From an uncultured Bacteroidales bacterium (GTDB lineage: Bacteria; Bacteroidota; Bacteroidia; Bacteroidales; VadinHA17), in the NCBI GenBank assembly GCA_963844935.1, contig CAWJQH010000005.1, positions 587,058 through 651,057 on the forward strand: a DNA stretch of 64,000 nt, read 5' to 3'. The notes beneath the pieces were generated by a model, which made no database searches, was not told the origin of the DNA, and saw nothing but the letters and a program-made list of their open reading frames with translations. A program made the position numbers and the translations under genes. This document shows, piece by piece, positions 34,289 to 43,007 of this stretch; position 1 is the stretch's first letter, and every line of letters begins with the position of its first letter.

Positions 34289-34990
34289 TCAGGCAAGCAT
34301 CAGGAAGACAACGGGCCTGTTATCAAGCTGTGGTCTTTCATCTTTCCACGAGGCGATCGTCATGGTCCTTATTTCTTCAGTTTCAAGGGTGATATCGGCA
34401 GCAATGCACAGCCGGGTTGCAGGTCTGCATACCGTGAGGATATCATTCAGCATCTTATCATTGCGGAAAGGTGTTTCCATGAAGATCTGAGTCTGACCGC
34501 CTGCTGACCTTCGCTCAAGCTCCCTGATCACCTTCTGCCTCCCCGGTGAGTCGACAGGCAGGTAACCGCTGAAGGCAAACGATTGACCGTTCAGCCCCGA
34601 GGCTACCAGTGCCAGCATAATTGAAGAGGGTCCGGTAAGAGGTATAACCTTTATGCCCCTCCGGTGAGCCTCTTCAACAACAACATTTCCCGGATCTGCA
34701 AGCCCCGGCATGCCCGCTTCACTCATCACCCCCGCATTCATGCCGCCTGATACCCGCGCAAAGAAATCACCCAGTTCACCCGGCTCTGAGTGTTTGCCAA
34801 TCGAAAAAAAGAGTGTCTCATCAACAGGAAACTCCCTGTCGATGCCTCTCAGGTACCTCCGTGCCGTCCTGACATCCTCGACTGCAAAAAGCCTCAGGGA
34901 GACGGTGATCTCCCTTATCACGTCGGGAATTGTCAGCCTGTGATCAGCATTCCCCAGTGTAACAGGAACCATATATATATTTCCCTTCAT
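34289..34990 (-). CDS. tetrapyrrole-methylase-fold SAM-dependent methyltransferase (RsmI-like)
   Basis: YMVPVTLGN...FAVEDVRTARRYL...GVMSEAGMPGLADPG pattern. Start set at 34990 because a -7 motif lies inside the longer ORF that starts at 35071. Confidence 0.75.
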   Translation of the reverse strand: MKGNIYMVPVTLGNADHRLTIPDVIREITVSLRLFAVEDVRTARRYLRGIDREFPVDETLFFSIGKHSEPGELGDFFARVSGGMNAGVMSEAGMPGLADPGNVVVEEAHRRGIKVIPLTGPSSIMLALVASGLNGQSFAFSGYLPVDSPGRQKVIRELERRSAGGQTQIFMETPFRNDKMLNDILTVCRPATRLCIAADITLETEEIRTMTIASWKDERPQLDNRPVVFLMLA

Positions 34991-35011
34991 CTGCTGCACT
35001 TTAATCTCCCT

Positions 35012-35019
35012 CAAAGATA
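35012..35019 (-). promoter_or_regulatory. putative -7 promoter element TATCTTTG for the methyltransferase gene
   Basis: The reverse complement of CAAAGATA matches TAnnTTTG, 22 nt upstream of the ATG at 34990. Confidence 0.35.
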
Positions 35020-35079
35020 TGTAAAACGGTACGCCGGAGCTAAAGTGACGTTTGATATTGTTCTTCTCCATTTTCAGGT

Positions 35080-35087
35080 TACTTTTG
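35080..35087 (+). promoter_or_regulatory. putative -7 promoter element TACTTTTG for the MBL-fold gene
   Basis: Matches TAnnTTTG 20 nt upstream of the GTG at 35107. Confidence 0.4.
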
Positions 35088-35106
35088 TAAATCGATCAAA
35101 GAGCCA

Positions 35107-35874
35107 GTGAAAATCACTTTTCTCGGAACCGGAACCTCCCAGGGCGTGCCTGTAATTGCCTGCGAATGTGCTACATGCACATCAGCTGACAGCAGGGATA
35201 AAAGGCTCAGGGCTTCCCTCCTTATTGAGACTGCCGCAAACACAGTCGTTATTGATGCCGGACCGGATTTCAGGCAGCAGATGCTGACTGCCCGTGTGAA
35301 AAAACTCGATGCAATATTCCTGACCCATGAACATAAGGATCATATTGCGGGAATGGATGACCTGAGAGCATTCAATTACAAGAGCCAGGCAGCAATAGAT
35401 ATATATGCCGAGGAGAGAGTCCAGAACGCGGTAAGGAAAGAATATGCCTATGTCTTTTCAGAGATACAGTATCCCGGTGTGCCGAAGATGGAACTGCATA
35501 ATATCGATACATACAATATTGACCTCCGGGGTGATATATTAATTCCGCTGCGTATCTTCCATTACCGTCTCCCGATACTGGGTTTCAGAATAGGAGATAT
35601 GGCTTATATCACTGACGCCAATTATATCCCGGAAGAGACAAGGGAAAAGCTGATAGGAGTGAAGTATTTAGTCATTAACGCCCTGAGAAAAGAGAAACAT
35701 ATATCACACTTCAGCCTGGGCGAAGCGCTGAAACTTGTTGAGGAAGTGTCGCCCCGCAAGGCTTTTATCACACATATAGGTCATCAGATGGGCAAGCATG
35801 CCGATGTCAACAGGGAACTGCCTGTAAATGTAACGCTGGCATGGGACGGGCTGGAAGTGTACTGCGAAGATTGA
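35107..35874 (+). CDS. MBL-fold metallo-hydrolase (PhnP-like)
   Basis: N-terminal Cys cluster CECATC, and THEHKDH metal-binding motif. Confidence 0.8.
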   Translation: MKITFLGTGTSQGVPVIACECATCTSADSRDKRLRASLLIETAANTVVIDAGPDFRQQMLTARVKKLDAIFLTHEHKDHIAGMDDLRAFNYKSQAAIDIYAEERVQNAVRKEYAYVFSEIQYPGVPKMELHNIDTYNIDLRGDILIPLRIFHYRLPILGFRIGDMAYITDANYIPEETREKLIGVKYLVINALRKEKHISHFSLGEALKLVEEVSPRKAFITHIGHQMGKHADVNRELPVNVTLAWDGLEVYCED

Positions 35875-35875
35875 C

Positions 35876-36082
35876 CTACTTCTTCTTGTACTTGTAGAGT
35901 TTTTTCTGATACTTCTTCGAAAAGAAGTACTTGTTGCGGCCTAGCTGTGAAGTGTCAATATATGAATTCCTCCTGCTGGCCTGGTAAGTATTTTTCTTTG
36001 AGGATGCACATCCGGGCATCAGAATCAGCGCCGCAAGGAGGAGAATAATGAAAGTTATGCTTCTGAAATAAACCCTTTTCAT
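35876..36082 (-). CDS. small lipoprotein with a Lys/Tyr-rich tail, hypothetical
   Basis: 68 aa. Signal plus lipobox (LMPGC) and a very basic C-terminus (KKYQKKLYKYKKK). Coding status rests on the ORF and the signal only. Confidence 0.45.
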   Translation of the reverse strand: MKRVYFRSITFIILLLAALILMPGCASSKKNTYQASRRNSYIDTSQLGRNKYFFSKKYQKKLYKYKKK

Positions 36083-36256
36083 TATTTAGGAATCAAACAG
36101 TTTTTAAAAGTAGTAAATATCCTGTTAACCGGAAAACTCTCAGCAATTATACCGGAAACAGGGTTCGTACTTTTCATTGACTTTTATTTTTTGTCACAAT
36201 ATGTTAAATTGCACTCAAATGTGCCCCGATCCTCATTTATATTATATTAAACTGAT

Positions 36257-39028
36257 ATGCACCGGTTAAAGTTTCAGATTTTTCTAATTATTCTCATTTC
36301 GGTTCTGCCGGCCTCAGGACAGTCGCTTGAGAATATCGGAATAACAAAGGATACGGGTGCCAGAGCGGTCAGCCTGATACTTGATGACAGCACAACCGTA
36401 AATCTTCCGGCTGCCAGGCCTCTTTTCAGCTTTCGCCTTGACGGGGTCTATTTTGAATCAGACGATGTGCCGGCAGGATTAACGGGTAACCGGTTCATTA
36501 TGATTTACCCCGGAGGAGTGGAAGCCGGGTTTACCCCGCATGGCGGATCACACCCGGGGTTCAATGCTGAACTTGTTTTCCGCAACAACTGGAATGATAC
36601 GCTGGTCATCAGCGATGTGGTCCCCTTCGGTGAGAACAGGAATAATGCCTATATCACGGGTTTCGGGCAACCTGACCTTGCAAGGGCAAACCTGTTCCTG
36701 CCGGGCAAAAGCCCGGTGCGGGTGATAGTGCCAGACAACGCGTGGGAGATGGGGTTCTCGGCATTCGAAACCGGTTCATCAGTATCTGTTAGTGCAATAT
36801 CAAGGCGCAGCAAGGTTCAGAACGGTACAAAAAAGAGGTATGAAACAATCCTGCCCCCGGGCGCAACCGTGACATATGATATCTGGGCAGACATATATCA
36901 GGGTACTTGGCAGGACGGGCTCAGGCTAATGTTCAGAGACAGGTATCTGTATGACCTTGAAAGCTTTGATGATCAATTATACAGGCGCGATGACCTGAAG
37001 TGGATACGCAGCAGCTACCTCATGATCCTTCAGATGGCATGGGACCGTGACTTCTATGACCGCTTTTCCGGCAACACGGGCTTCGACAGTTTCCTGGCTG
37101 AATACAATGCACTCTTCGGTCATGTGGATGTTTACGCAATATGGCCTACCTGGCCCCGTCTCGGTCTTGATGAGAGAAACCAGTGGGATCTATACCGGGA
37201 TCTGCCGGGAGGACTTGAAGGTTTGAGAGATTTAGGGAGACATGTCAGGCTTAACGACGGCCGGTTATTTATTGCATTCAATGAGTGGGACAAGAGCACC
37301 AGGGAGGAAGATCAGCTGAAAGGAATGGCTGGGATTTTGACCGTTACCGAAGCTGATGGCGTGGTTCTTGACGCTGCTGACAAATCAACCTTACAATTGC
37401 AGCAGACAGTTGATTCCGTGCGTGAAGGCATAATTATGTACTCGGAGGGGATGCCGGATGTAAAAGATATGCCGGGCATAGTAGCGGCTCGGGTGCACAA
37501 TGCTTTGTTCCTCAGTCCTGAACTTAACCTCAACAAGCTGATCAAACCCGATTTTGCCATTTTCCGTGTCGCCGATGTGGGAGAAGACATCCTGCACCGC
37601 GAAATATCCGTGGCATTTTTCAACGGTTACGGAACAGAATTGAATTTGTACAGACCGGGTGGCAGGGGAAATGAATATGAAACTGACCTTCAGTACCTTG
37701 CCAGGACAACTTATCTGCTCCGGAGGAACAGCGATGTCTTTCTTGACAACGATTGGACACCGCTGATAAAATCCGAAGCCGACAAGGTATATGTCAACAG
37801 GTGGAATGCAAACGGGAAGACGATATTTACAATCCTTAATATGGACAACCTCGGGTATGAAGGCCCGCTGTTCAGCGCAGGCGATACGGCAGGCAGGCAC
37901 CTGGTCTCCCTCTGGAGGCATGAGGAGATTGAACCTGAAGTTGTAAACGGTCAGCTGATGGCCACAGTAAGCACAGAGGGATGGAACCAGTCATATAACG
38001 GCACCAGGCGGGAGAGCTCTGTTGATTGCATAGCGCTCCTGCCTTCGCTTATAAAAGCTGAGCTGAAGGGCAACAGGATCAGGATCAATGCAACGCAGAA
38101 GGGAACATTATCCGTCTATAAGGGTATGCCCGGGTATGGAAATAAGCCGGTGGTCTTTAAATCACCCCTTGATACCTTACTCGCCACCGGTGACATTCTG
38201 GGCGCTTCAGAAGGTAAAATAGTGATCGAACTGACCGGGGAAGGACTTCTCCTGGATGAAAGGGTAATAATCGTCAGGGGAGGTCAGCCATGGCTTTACT
38301 CGGAGACTGTCCGCACTGCTCCCGCCACGGAAATACCTGAGGGAATGATGCGTGTGCCAGAGGCGACTATAAAATTTACCCTTAAATCAAATGATGACTT
38401 CATTGTAATTCCCTCAGCCGGAAAAGAAAGAACTGCAGTATTAAGCAGCTTCCTGATGGACAAATACCCGGTAACCAATGAGGAATTTGTCAGGTTTATC
38501 AGGGAAACCAGGTACATTCCTGAGGATACCACCAATTACCTGAAGCACTGGGAGAACGGAATGCCTGTGTCAGGACAGGAGCGTTATCCGGTTGTTAACG
38601 TCAGCCTTGAAGATGCCAGGGCGTATGCGGCATGGGCTGGTAAACGACTGCCTACAGAAGCTGAGTGGCAGCTGGCAGCGCAGGGCACAGACGGCAGGCT
38701 GTGGCCGTGGGGCAATGAGTTCCACGCCACAAAATGCAACAACGGTTTCGGCAGGCCGACACCGGTCGATGCTTTTCCAAAAGGGGAGAGCCCTTACGGT
38801 GTTGCAGATCTTGTCGGAAACATATGGCAGATGACCGGTGATGTTTACTTCAACGGAACGTACTATTTCAATATAATCAGGGGAGGAAGCTATTTCAGGC
38901 CTGAAGCGAGCTGGTGGTACATTCAGGGCGGACCACAGCAGCTCGACATGACCCAGATACAGCTGCTGGTATCACCGGGCTATGACCGCAGCGCCACGGT
39001 CGGGTTCAGGTGCGTCAGGGATTTATAG
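36257..39028 (+). CDS. secreted 923-aa protein: unassigned N-terminal region of about 700 aa plus a C-terminal FGE-sulfatase (SUMF1/DUF323) domain
   Basis: Signal peptide. C-terminus has MDKYPVTNEEF, NVSLEDARAYAAWAGKRLPTEAEWQ, GNIWQM, RGGSY and GFRCV, typical of the formylglycine-generating-enzyme fold. Confidence 0.8.
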   Translation: MHRLKFQIFLIILISVLPASGQSLENIGITKDTGARAVSLILDDSTTVNLPAARPLFSFRLDGVYFESDDVPAGLTGNRFIMIYPGGVEAGFTPHGGSHPGFNAELVFRNNWNDTLVISDVVPFGENRNNAYITGFGQPDLARANLFLPGKSPVRVIVPDNAWEMGFSAFETGSSVSVSAISRRSKVQNGTKKRYETILPPGATVTYDIWADIYQGTWQDGLRLMFRDRYLYDLESFDDQLYRRDDLKWIRSSYLMILQMAWDRDFYDRFSGNTGFDSFLAEYNALFGHVDVYAIWPTWPRLGLDERNQWDLYRDLPGGLEGLRDLGRHVRLNDGRLFIAFNEWDKSTREEDQLKGMAGILTVTEADGVVLDAADKSTLQLQQTVDSVREGIIMYSEGMPDVKDMPGIVAARVHNALFLSPELNLNKLIKPDFAIFRVADVGEDILHREISVAFFNGYGTELNLYRPGGRGNEYETDLQYLARTTYLLRRNSDVFLDNDWTPLIKSEADKVYVNRWNANGKTIFTILNMDNLGYEGPLFSAGDTAGRHLVSLWRHEEIEPEVVNGQLMATVSTEGWNQSYNGTRRESSVDCIALLPSLIKAELKGNRIRINATQKGTLSVYKGMPGYGNKPVVFKSPLDTLLATGDILGASEGKIVIELTGEGLLLDERVIIVRGGQPWLYSETVRTAPATEIPEGMMRVPEATIKFTLKSNDDFIVIPSAGKERTAVLSSFLMDKYPVTNEEFVRFIRETRYIPEDTTNYLKHWENGMPVSGQERYPVVNVSLEDARAYAAWAGKRLPTEAEWQLAAQGTDGRLWPWGNEFHATKCNNGFGRPTPVDAFPKGESPYGVADLVGNIWQMTGDVYFNGTYYFNIIRGGSYFRPEASWWYIQGGPQQLDMTQIQLLVSPGYDRSATVGFRCVRDL

Positions 39029-39054
39029 CATGGGGCATGCGGCAAGGAGTAATT

Positions 39055-39145
39055 CAGTCTGCAGCCGGCAATCCAGTCGGCAGTCGGCAGTCGGCAGTAG
39101 TAACATATTGATTGACTGTAGACTGGAGACTGAAGACCCTCAGTC
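39055..39145. repeat. heptad-periodic array of the same family as 15491-15560: GTCGGCA x3 flanked by degenerate units, then xxxGACT x3-4
   Basis: Read directly: CAGTCTG CAGCCGG CAATCCA GTCGGCA GTCGGCA GTCGGCA GTAGTAA CATATTG ATTGACT GTAGACT GGAGACT GAAGACC CTCAGTC. It lies between convergent genes and overlaps the galK stop codon. Confidence 0.9.
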
Positions 39146-40309
39146 AATCCGTCGGGCGCCGTCACCGATACCTGGAAGGTAGAAATCAGCTTTCAGTCCT
39201 GTTTTCCCGTTGTACACGGCGGCAAGGTTCTTCATGAAGCTATCGGCATGCCTGCTTTCGACTATTGAGACCGTGCACCCGCCAAAGCCGGCGCCGGTCA
39301 TACGGGTACCGGTCACTCCGGGCAGTTTTCTGCCTTCGTAAACAAGAGCATCGAGCTCGGCGCCTGTAACCTCATAATCGGTGCACAGTGAGTCGTGCGA
39401 TTCATTCATCAGCCTGCCGAACTTATTAATGTCATTTTCCTCAAGTGCCCTGATGGCATCAAGGGTCCGGCCATTCTCGGTTATAACATGCTTTGCCCTC
39501 TTTCTGACCACTTCGTTGCCGATATATTTGTCAAGCATCCAGAGATCACCGACGGTGAGCTCGCTGAGGTTACTGATCTTATGGTGCTCAGAGATCAGCT
39601 CCACAGCCTTCTCGCACTCTGACCGCCGCTCATTGTATTTTGAATCTGTCAGCCCCCTGCGCTTATTTGTGTTTGTGATGATCAGACGTCTGTCGCCCAG
39701 GTTCACCGGGGCATATTTATATTCAAGGGTATCACAGTTGAGGTTGATGGCATGATCTTTCCTTCCGAAACCAACTGCGAACTGGTCCATTATCCCGCAA
39801 TTCATACCGACGAAGTGATTCTCAGCCTTCTGGCCCATCTTCACAAGTTCCATCATCGGGAAACCGGCATCGGTGAGATCATTCAGGGCCACTGCCATTA
39901 CCATCTCAATCGATGCAGATGAAGACAATCCCGCACCGTTGGGGATGTCGCCGTAAAAAAGCAGCTCCAGGCCGGGTGCCGTAATGCCCTTCAGGGCAAA
40001 CTCATTTATAACCCCGACAGGGTAATTGGTCCAGCTGCCGGCGATGGCCTTATATACAGGCGTGACCGGAACAGTCTCTTTTCCTGTGAAATTCAGGCTG
40101 CAGAGCTTTATCTCATTCCCGGAGGTCTTTCTTGCAACCAGTGATGTGCCGAAATCGAGCGCACACGGGAAAACATAACCACCGTTGTAGTCAGTGTGCT
40201 CCCCGATGAGGTTTACACGACCGGGTGAATAAAAAAGAACAGGGTTTATTGCCCTGTCCCCGTATATCCTGAAAAATTCTTCCCTGAGAAAGTTTTTATC
40301 AGCTTTCAT
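39140..40309 (-). CDS. galK: galactokinase
   Basis: GRVNLIGEHTDYNGG and PNGAGLSSSAS GHMP kinase motifs. Confidence 0.9.
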   Translation of the reverse strand: MKADKNFLREEFFRIYGDRAINPVLFYSPGRVNLIGEHTDYNGGYVFPCALDFGTSLVARKTSGNEIKLCSLNFTGKETVPVTPVYKAIAGSWTNYPVGVINEFALKGITAPGLELLFYGDIPNGAGLSSSASIEMVMAVALNDLTDAGFPMMELVKMGQKAENHFVGMNCGIMDQFAVGFGRKDHAINLNCDTLEYKYAPVNLGDRRLIITNTNKRRGLTDSKYNERRSECEKAVELISEHHKISNLSELTVGDLWMLDKYIGNEVVRKRAKHVITENGRTLDAIRALEENDINKFGRLMNESHDSLCTDYEVTGAELDALVYEGRKLPGVTGTRMTGAGFGGCTVSIVESRHADSFMKNLAAVYNGKTGLKADFYLPGIGDGARRID

Positions 40310-41736
40310 ACCTTAAGTTTTTTCTCTATCTCAATGATCTGGTTTCTGAAATGACGGTCTGTGTCAATAAGGTTATTGACGGTCTTGCATGCATGCAGCA
40401 CAGTGGCATGATCCTTGCCGCCGATGCATGAGCCGATGCTTGCCAGTGAAGCCTTTGTAAGATTCTTTGAGAAATACATTGACACCTGCCTTGCCTGCAC
40501 TATCTCGCGCTTGCGGGTCTTGCCCTGCATCTGGTCAACGGCTATCTTGTAATAATCACACACCACTTTCTGTATGTAATCAATTGTTATCTCCCTGCGC
40601 TGGGTGTTAACCAGCCTGTCCACCATCTGGCGTGCAAGCTCAAGCGTCACCTCCTTGCGGTTAAGCGTAGACTGAGCATACAGTGAGATGAGCCCTGACT
40701 CAAGCTCCCTTATATTCGATGATATATTCTCGGCAAGGAACTCAAAGATCTCATCGGGAAGCTCAATCCCGTCATTGTAAGCCTTTTTTCTCAGTATGGC
40801 GAGCCTCGTCTCATAATCGGGCTTCTGCAGATCGGCCAGCAAGCCCCACTTGAAGCGTGACAGAAGCCGCTGCTCCATGCCCTGCAACTCAACCGGCGGT
40901 TTGTCACATGTGAGTATCAGCTGTTTTCCGGACTGATGGAGATGATTGAAAATGTGGAAGAAAGTATCCTGGGTCTTCTCCTTCCCTGCAAACTCATGAA
41001 CGTCATCAATGATGAGCACGTCAATCATCTGGTAGAAATGGAGAAAATCATTCTTGTTGTTGTTCCTGATCAATTCGACAAACTGTGTCTGGAATTTGTT
41101 GGCATTAACGTAAAGGACAGTCTTGTCAGGGTACTTCTCCTTTACAAGGATACCTATTGCCTGAACAAGGTGTGTCTTGCCGAGGCCGGAATCACCGTAA
41201 ACCATCAGGGGATTAAATGCTGTTCCGCCGGGATTGTTGCCAACGGCAATGCCTGCTGAGCGTGCCAGCCTGTTGCACTCACCCTCGATGAAGTTAGCAA
41301 ATGAATAATCGGGATTGAGCCGGGGATCAAAATGAAGTTTTTTGATGCCGGGAATTATAAAGGGATTCCTGATGGCCGGCTGTGTAACCTCAAAGGGAAC
41401 CTGCATCGGCTTATTGTTCAGATCGCTCTTGTTCCTTGAAGGATACTTGACAGTATAAGGCTTGCCGTTGCTGTAGCCTGAGTTTTCCATTATAATATTA
41501 TACTCAAGCTTGGCTTCGCTACCAATCTCGCGCCTCAGTGTCTTGCGAAGGATATCAATGTACTGCTCTTCGAGATATTCGTAAAAAAAAGGACTGGGAA
41601 CCTGAATTGTCAGAATATTCTTTTCGAGCCTCAGCGGAACAATCGGCTCAAACCATGTCTTGAAACTGGCTGAAGGAATTATGTCACGGATTATCTCCAG
41701 ACAGTTATTCCAAACCTCATCGTGTGACTTGTTCAT
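40306..41736 (-). CDS. dnaA: chromosomal replication initiator protein DnaA
   Basis: N-terminal WNNCLEIIRD...FKTWFEPI, AAA+ Walker A GDSGLGKTHL, and a C-terminal DNA-binding domain (GGKDHATVLHA). Confidence 0.92.
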   Translation of the reverse strand: MNKSHDEVWNNCLEIIRDIIPSASFKTWFEPIVPLRLEKNILTIQVPSPFFYEYLEEQYIDILRKTLRREIGSEAKLEYNIIMENSGYSNGKPYTVKYPSRNKSDLNNKPMQVPFEVTQPAIRNPFIIPGIKKLHFDPRLNPDYSFANFIEGECNRLARSAGIAVGNNPGGTAFNPLMVYGDSGLGKTHLVQAIGILVKEKYPDKTVLYVNANKFQTQFVELIRNNNKNDFLHFYQMIDVLIIDDVHEFAGKEKTQDTFFHIFNHLHQSGKQLILTCDKPPVELQGMEQRLLSRFKWGLLADLQKPDYETRLAILRKKAYNDGIELPDEIFEFLAENISSNIRELESGLISLYAQSTLNRKEVTLELARQMVDRLVNTQRREITIDYIQKVVCDYYKIAVDQMQGKTRKREIVQARQVSMYFSKNLTKASLASIGSCIGGKDHATVLHACKTVNNLIDTDRHFRNQIIEIEKKLKV

Positions 41737-42061
41737 TTAAAGTAAAATTACGAAAATTCCAGTACTTATTTCAGGTGCCGAAACCCGTGACAATATTTGT
41801 AAAAAAAAAGGTAAAAAAAAAAACTTTTTTTGCTTGACATTTACATTTATTTCATACTGTCATGAGCATCAGGTTCTTATAATTAAAAAAATAAATAAAA
41901 AAAATAATTACCTGATTATCAGATATATGGAAGGAATGTAATGTATTACAACACGTTATAAAACAGAAAAATATTTAATACTGATTTACGGAAGAACCTG
42001 AGGGAAATATCAGGCCTCTGCAATGACATGATTCATTTCTGTTTAGCAATATTGCTACAAA
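41737..42061. other. AT-rich intergenic region upstream of dnaA: dnaA promoter region and candidate oriC/DNA-unwinding element
   Basis: 325 bp, visibly AT-rich, with A9, A11, T7, A7 and A8 homopolymer tracts. It is the longest non-coding stretch in the window. I could not find canonical TTATCCACA boxes by eye. Confidence 0.3.
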
Positions 42062-43006
42062 TTATTCGTCCTTTTTGCCAAAAAGGGAGAAGTGAACATA
42101 TTTTTTAGGATTTGCCTGCATATCCTGCAAAAGCTGGTCTAGACTGTAGAGAGTGTTGTTGAGATTTGTGTAAAGGCTGTCATCCGTCATCAGTTTTCCG
42201 GCCGAGCCCTGACCTTTGCTCATGCCTTCTGTCAGCTCACTTACATGTTTGAGTGATGCTTTCAGGGAGGCAAGGGAGGAAGAGAGGTCTGCTGAAGCCA
42301 CCGTGTCAGAGATTGCAGCAAGGTTTTTAATTGAAGTATCCAGTGCGGAACTGTTGGATGCAAGCATTGAGGTGAACTTTTTAAGATCTTCTATCGAAGC
42401 CATAAGCGTATCCTTTTCCCTGTCCGATATCTCCTTCAGGTTGGCCGTAATGCCATTTACATTGCTTACTGCCGACCTGATGTCGGATGTCATCTCCGGG
42501 GTGAGAATGCTATTGATTCCCGAAATGACAGAATCAAGTTTCACAACCATGTCCGTTAGATTCCCTTCAATAGGTGTAAGTGTCTGGCTCAGCCTGTCCA
42601 TTATGCTTGTGGCCACATAACCCTCAAGCGTGTCATGATTATGATGCATGACGCTGCTTTCGCCCATCCGCAATATTATTTTCATACCCGCTATAAGTGT
42701 TGCGGTGGTGATCTCAGCCTTTGTTCCGACCGGAATATTGAAATTCCTGTCGACGGAAACAGAAACTGCAAGCAGACCGCTGCCGTCATTGATCAGCTTT
42801 ATATCCTGTACCACACCTGCCTGGTAGCCGTTTATCTCCACCGGGCTCGATTCCGTGAGGCCCGCAATATTGCTGTAAACAATATGATAGGTGTCAGTGC
42901 TTGTAAAAAGGGCGGAACCCTTTAAGAAATTGAACAGCAGGATAAAAGCAATTATAGTGATAAGAGCTACAGCCCCTATTTTGACTTCATGTGAAATTTT
43001 GTTCAT
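42062..43006 (-). CDS. MlaD/MCE-domain protein
   Basis: N-terminal TM segment followed by an MCE domain (VYSNIAGLTESSPVEINGYQAGVV) and a long coiled-coil-like tail. Confidence 0.8.
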   Translation of the reverse strand: MNKISHEVKIGAVALITIIAFILLFNFLKGSALFTSTDTYHIVYSNIAGLTESSPVEINGYQAGVVQDIKLINDGSGLLAVSVSVDRNFNIPVGTKAEITTATLIAGMKIILRMGESSVMHHNHDTLEGYVATSIMDRLSQTLTPIEGNLTDMVVKLDSVISGINSILTPEMTSDIRSAVSNVNGITANLKEISDREKDTLMASIEDLKKFTSMLASNSSALDTSIKNLAAISDTVASADLSSSLASLKASLKHVSELTEGMSKGQGSAGKLMTDDSLYTNLNNTLYSLDQLLQDMQANPKKYVHFSLFGKKDE

Positions 43007-43007
43007 A

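Noticed and set aside
41834-41883. E. coli-type TTGACA and TATAAT hexamers in the dnaA upstream region
   Set aside because: The spacing between them does not fit 17 +/- 1 bp, and Bacteroidota primary sigma factors do not use this consensus. They are likely chance matches in AT-rich DNA.
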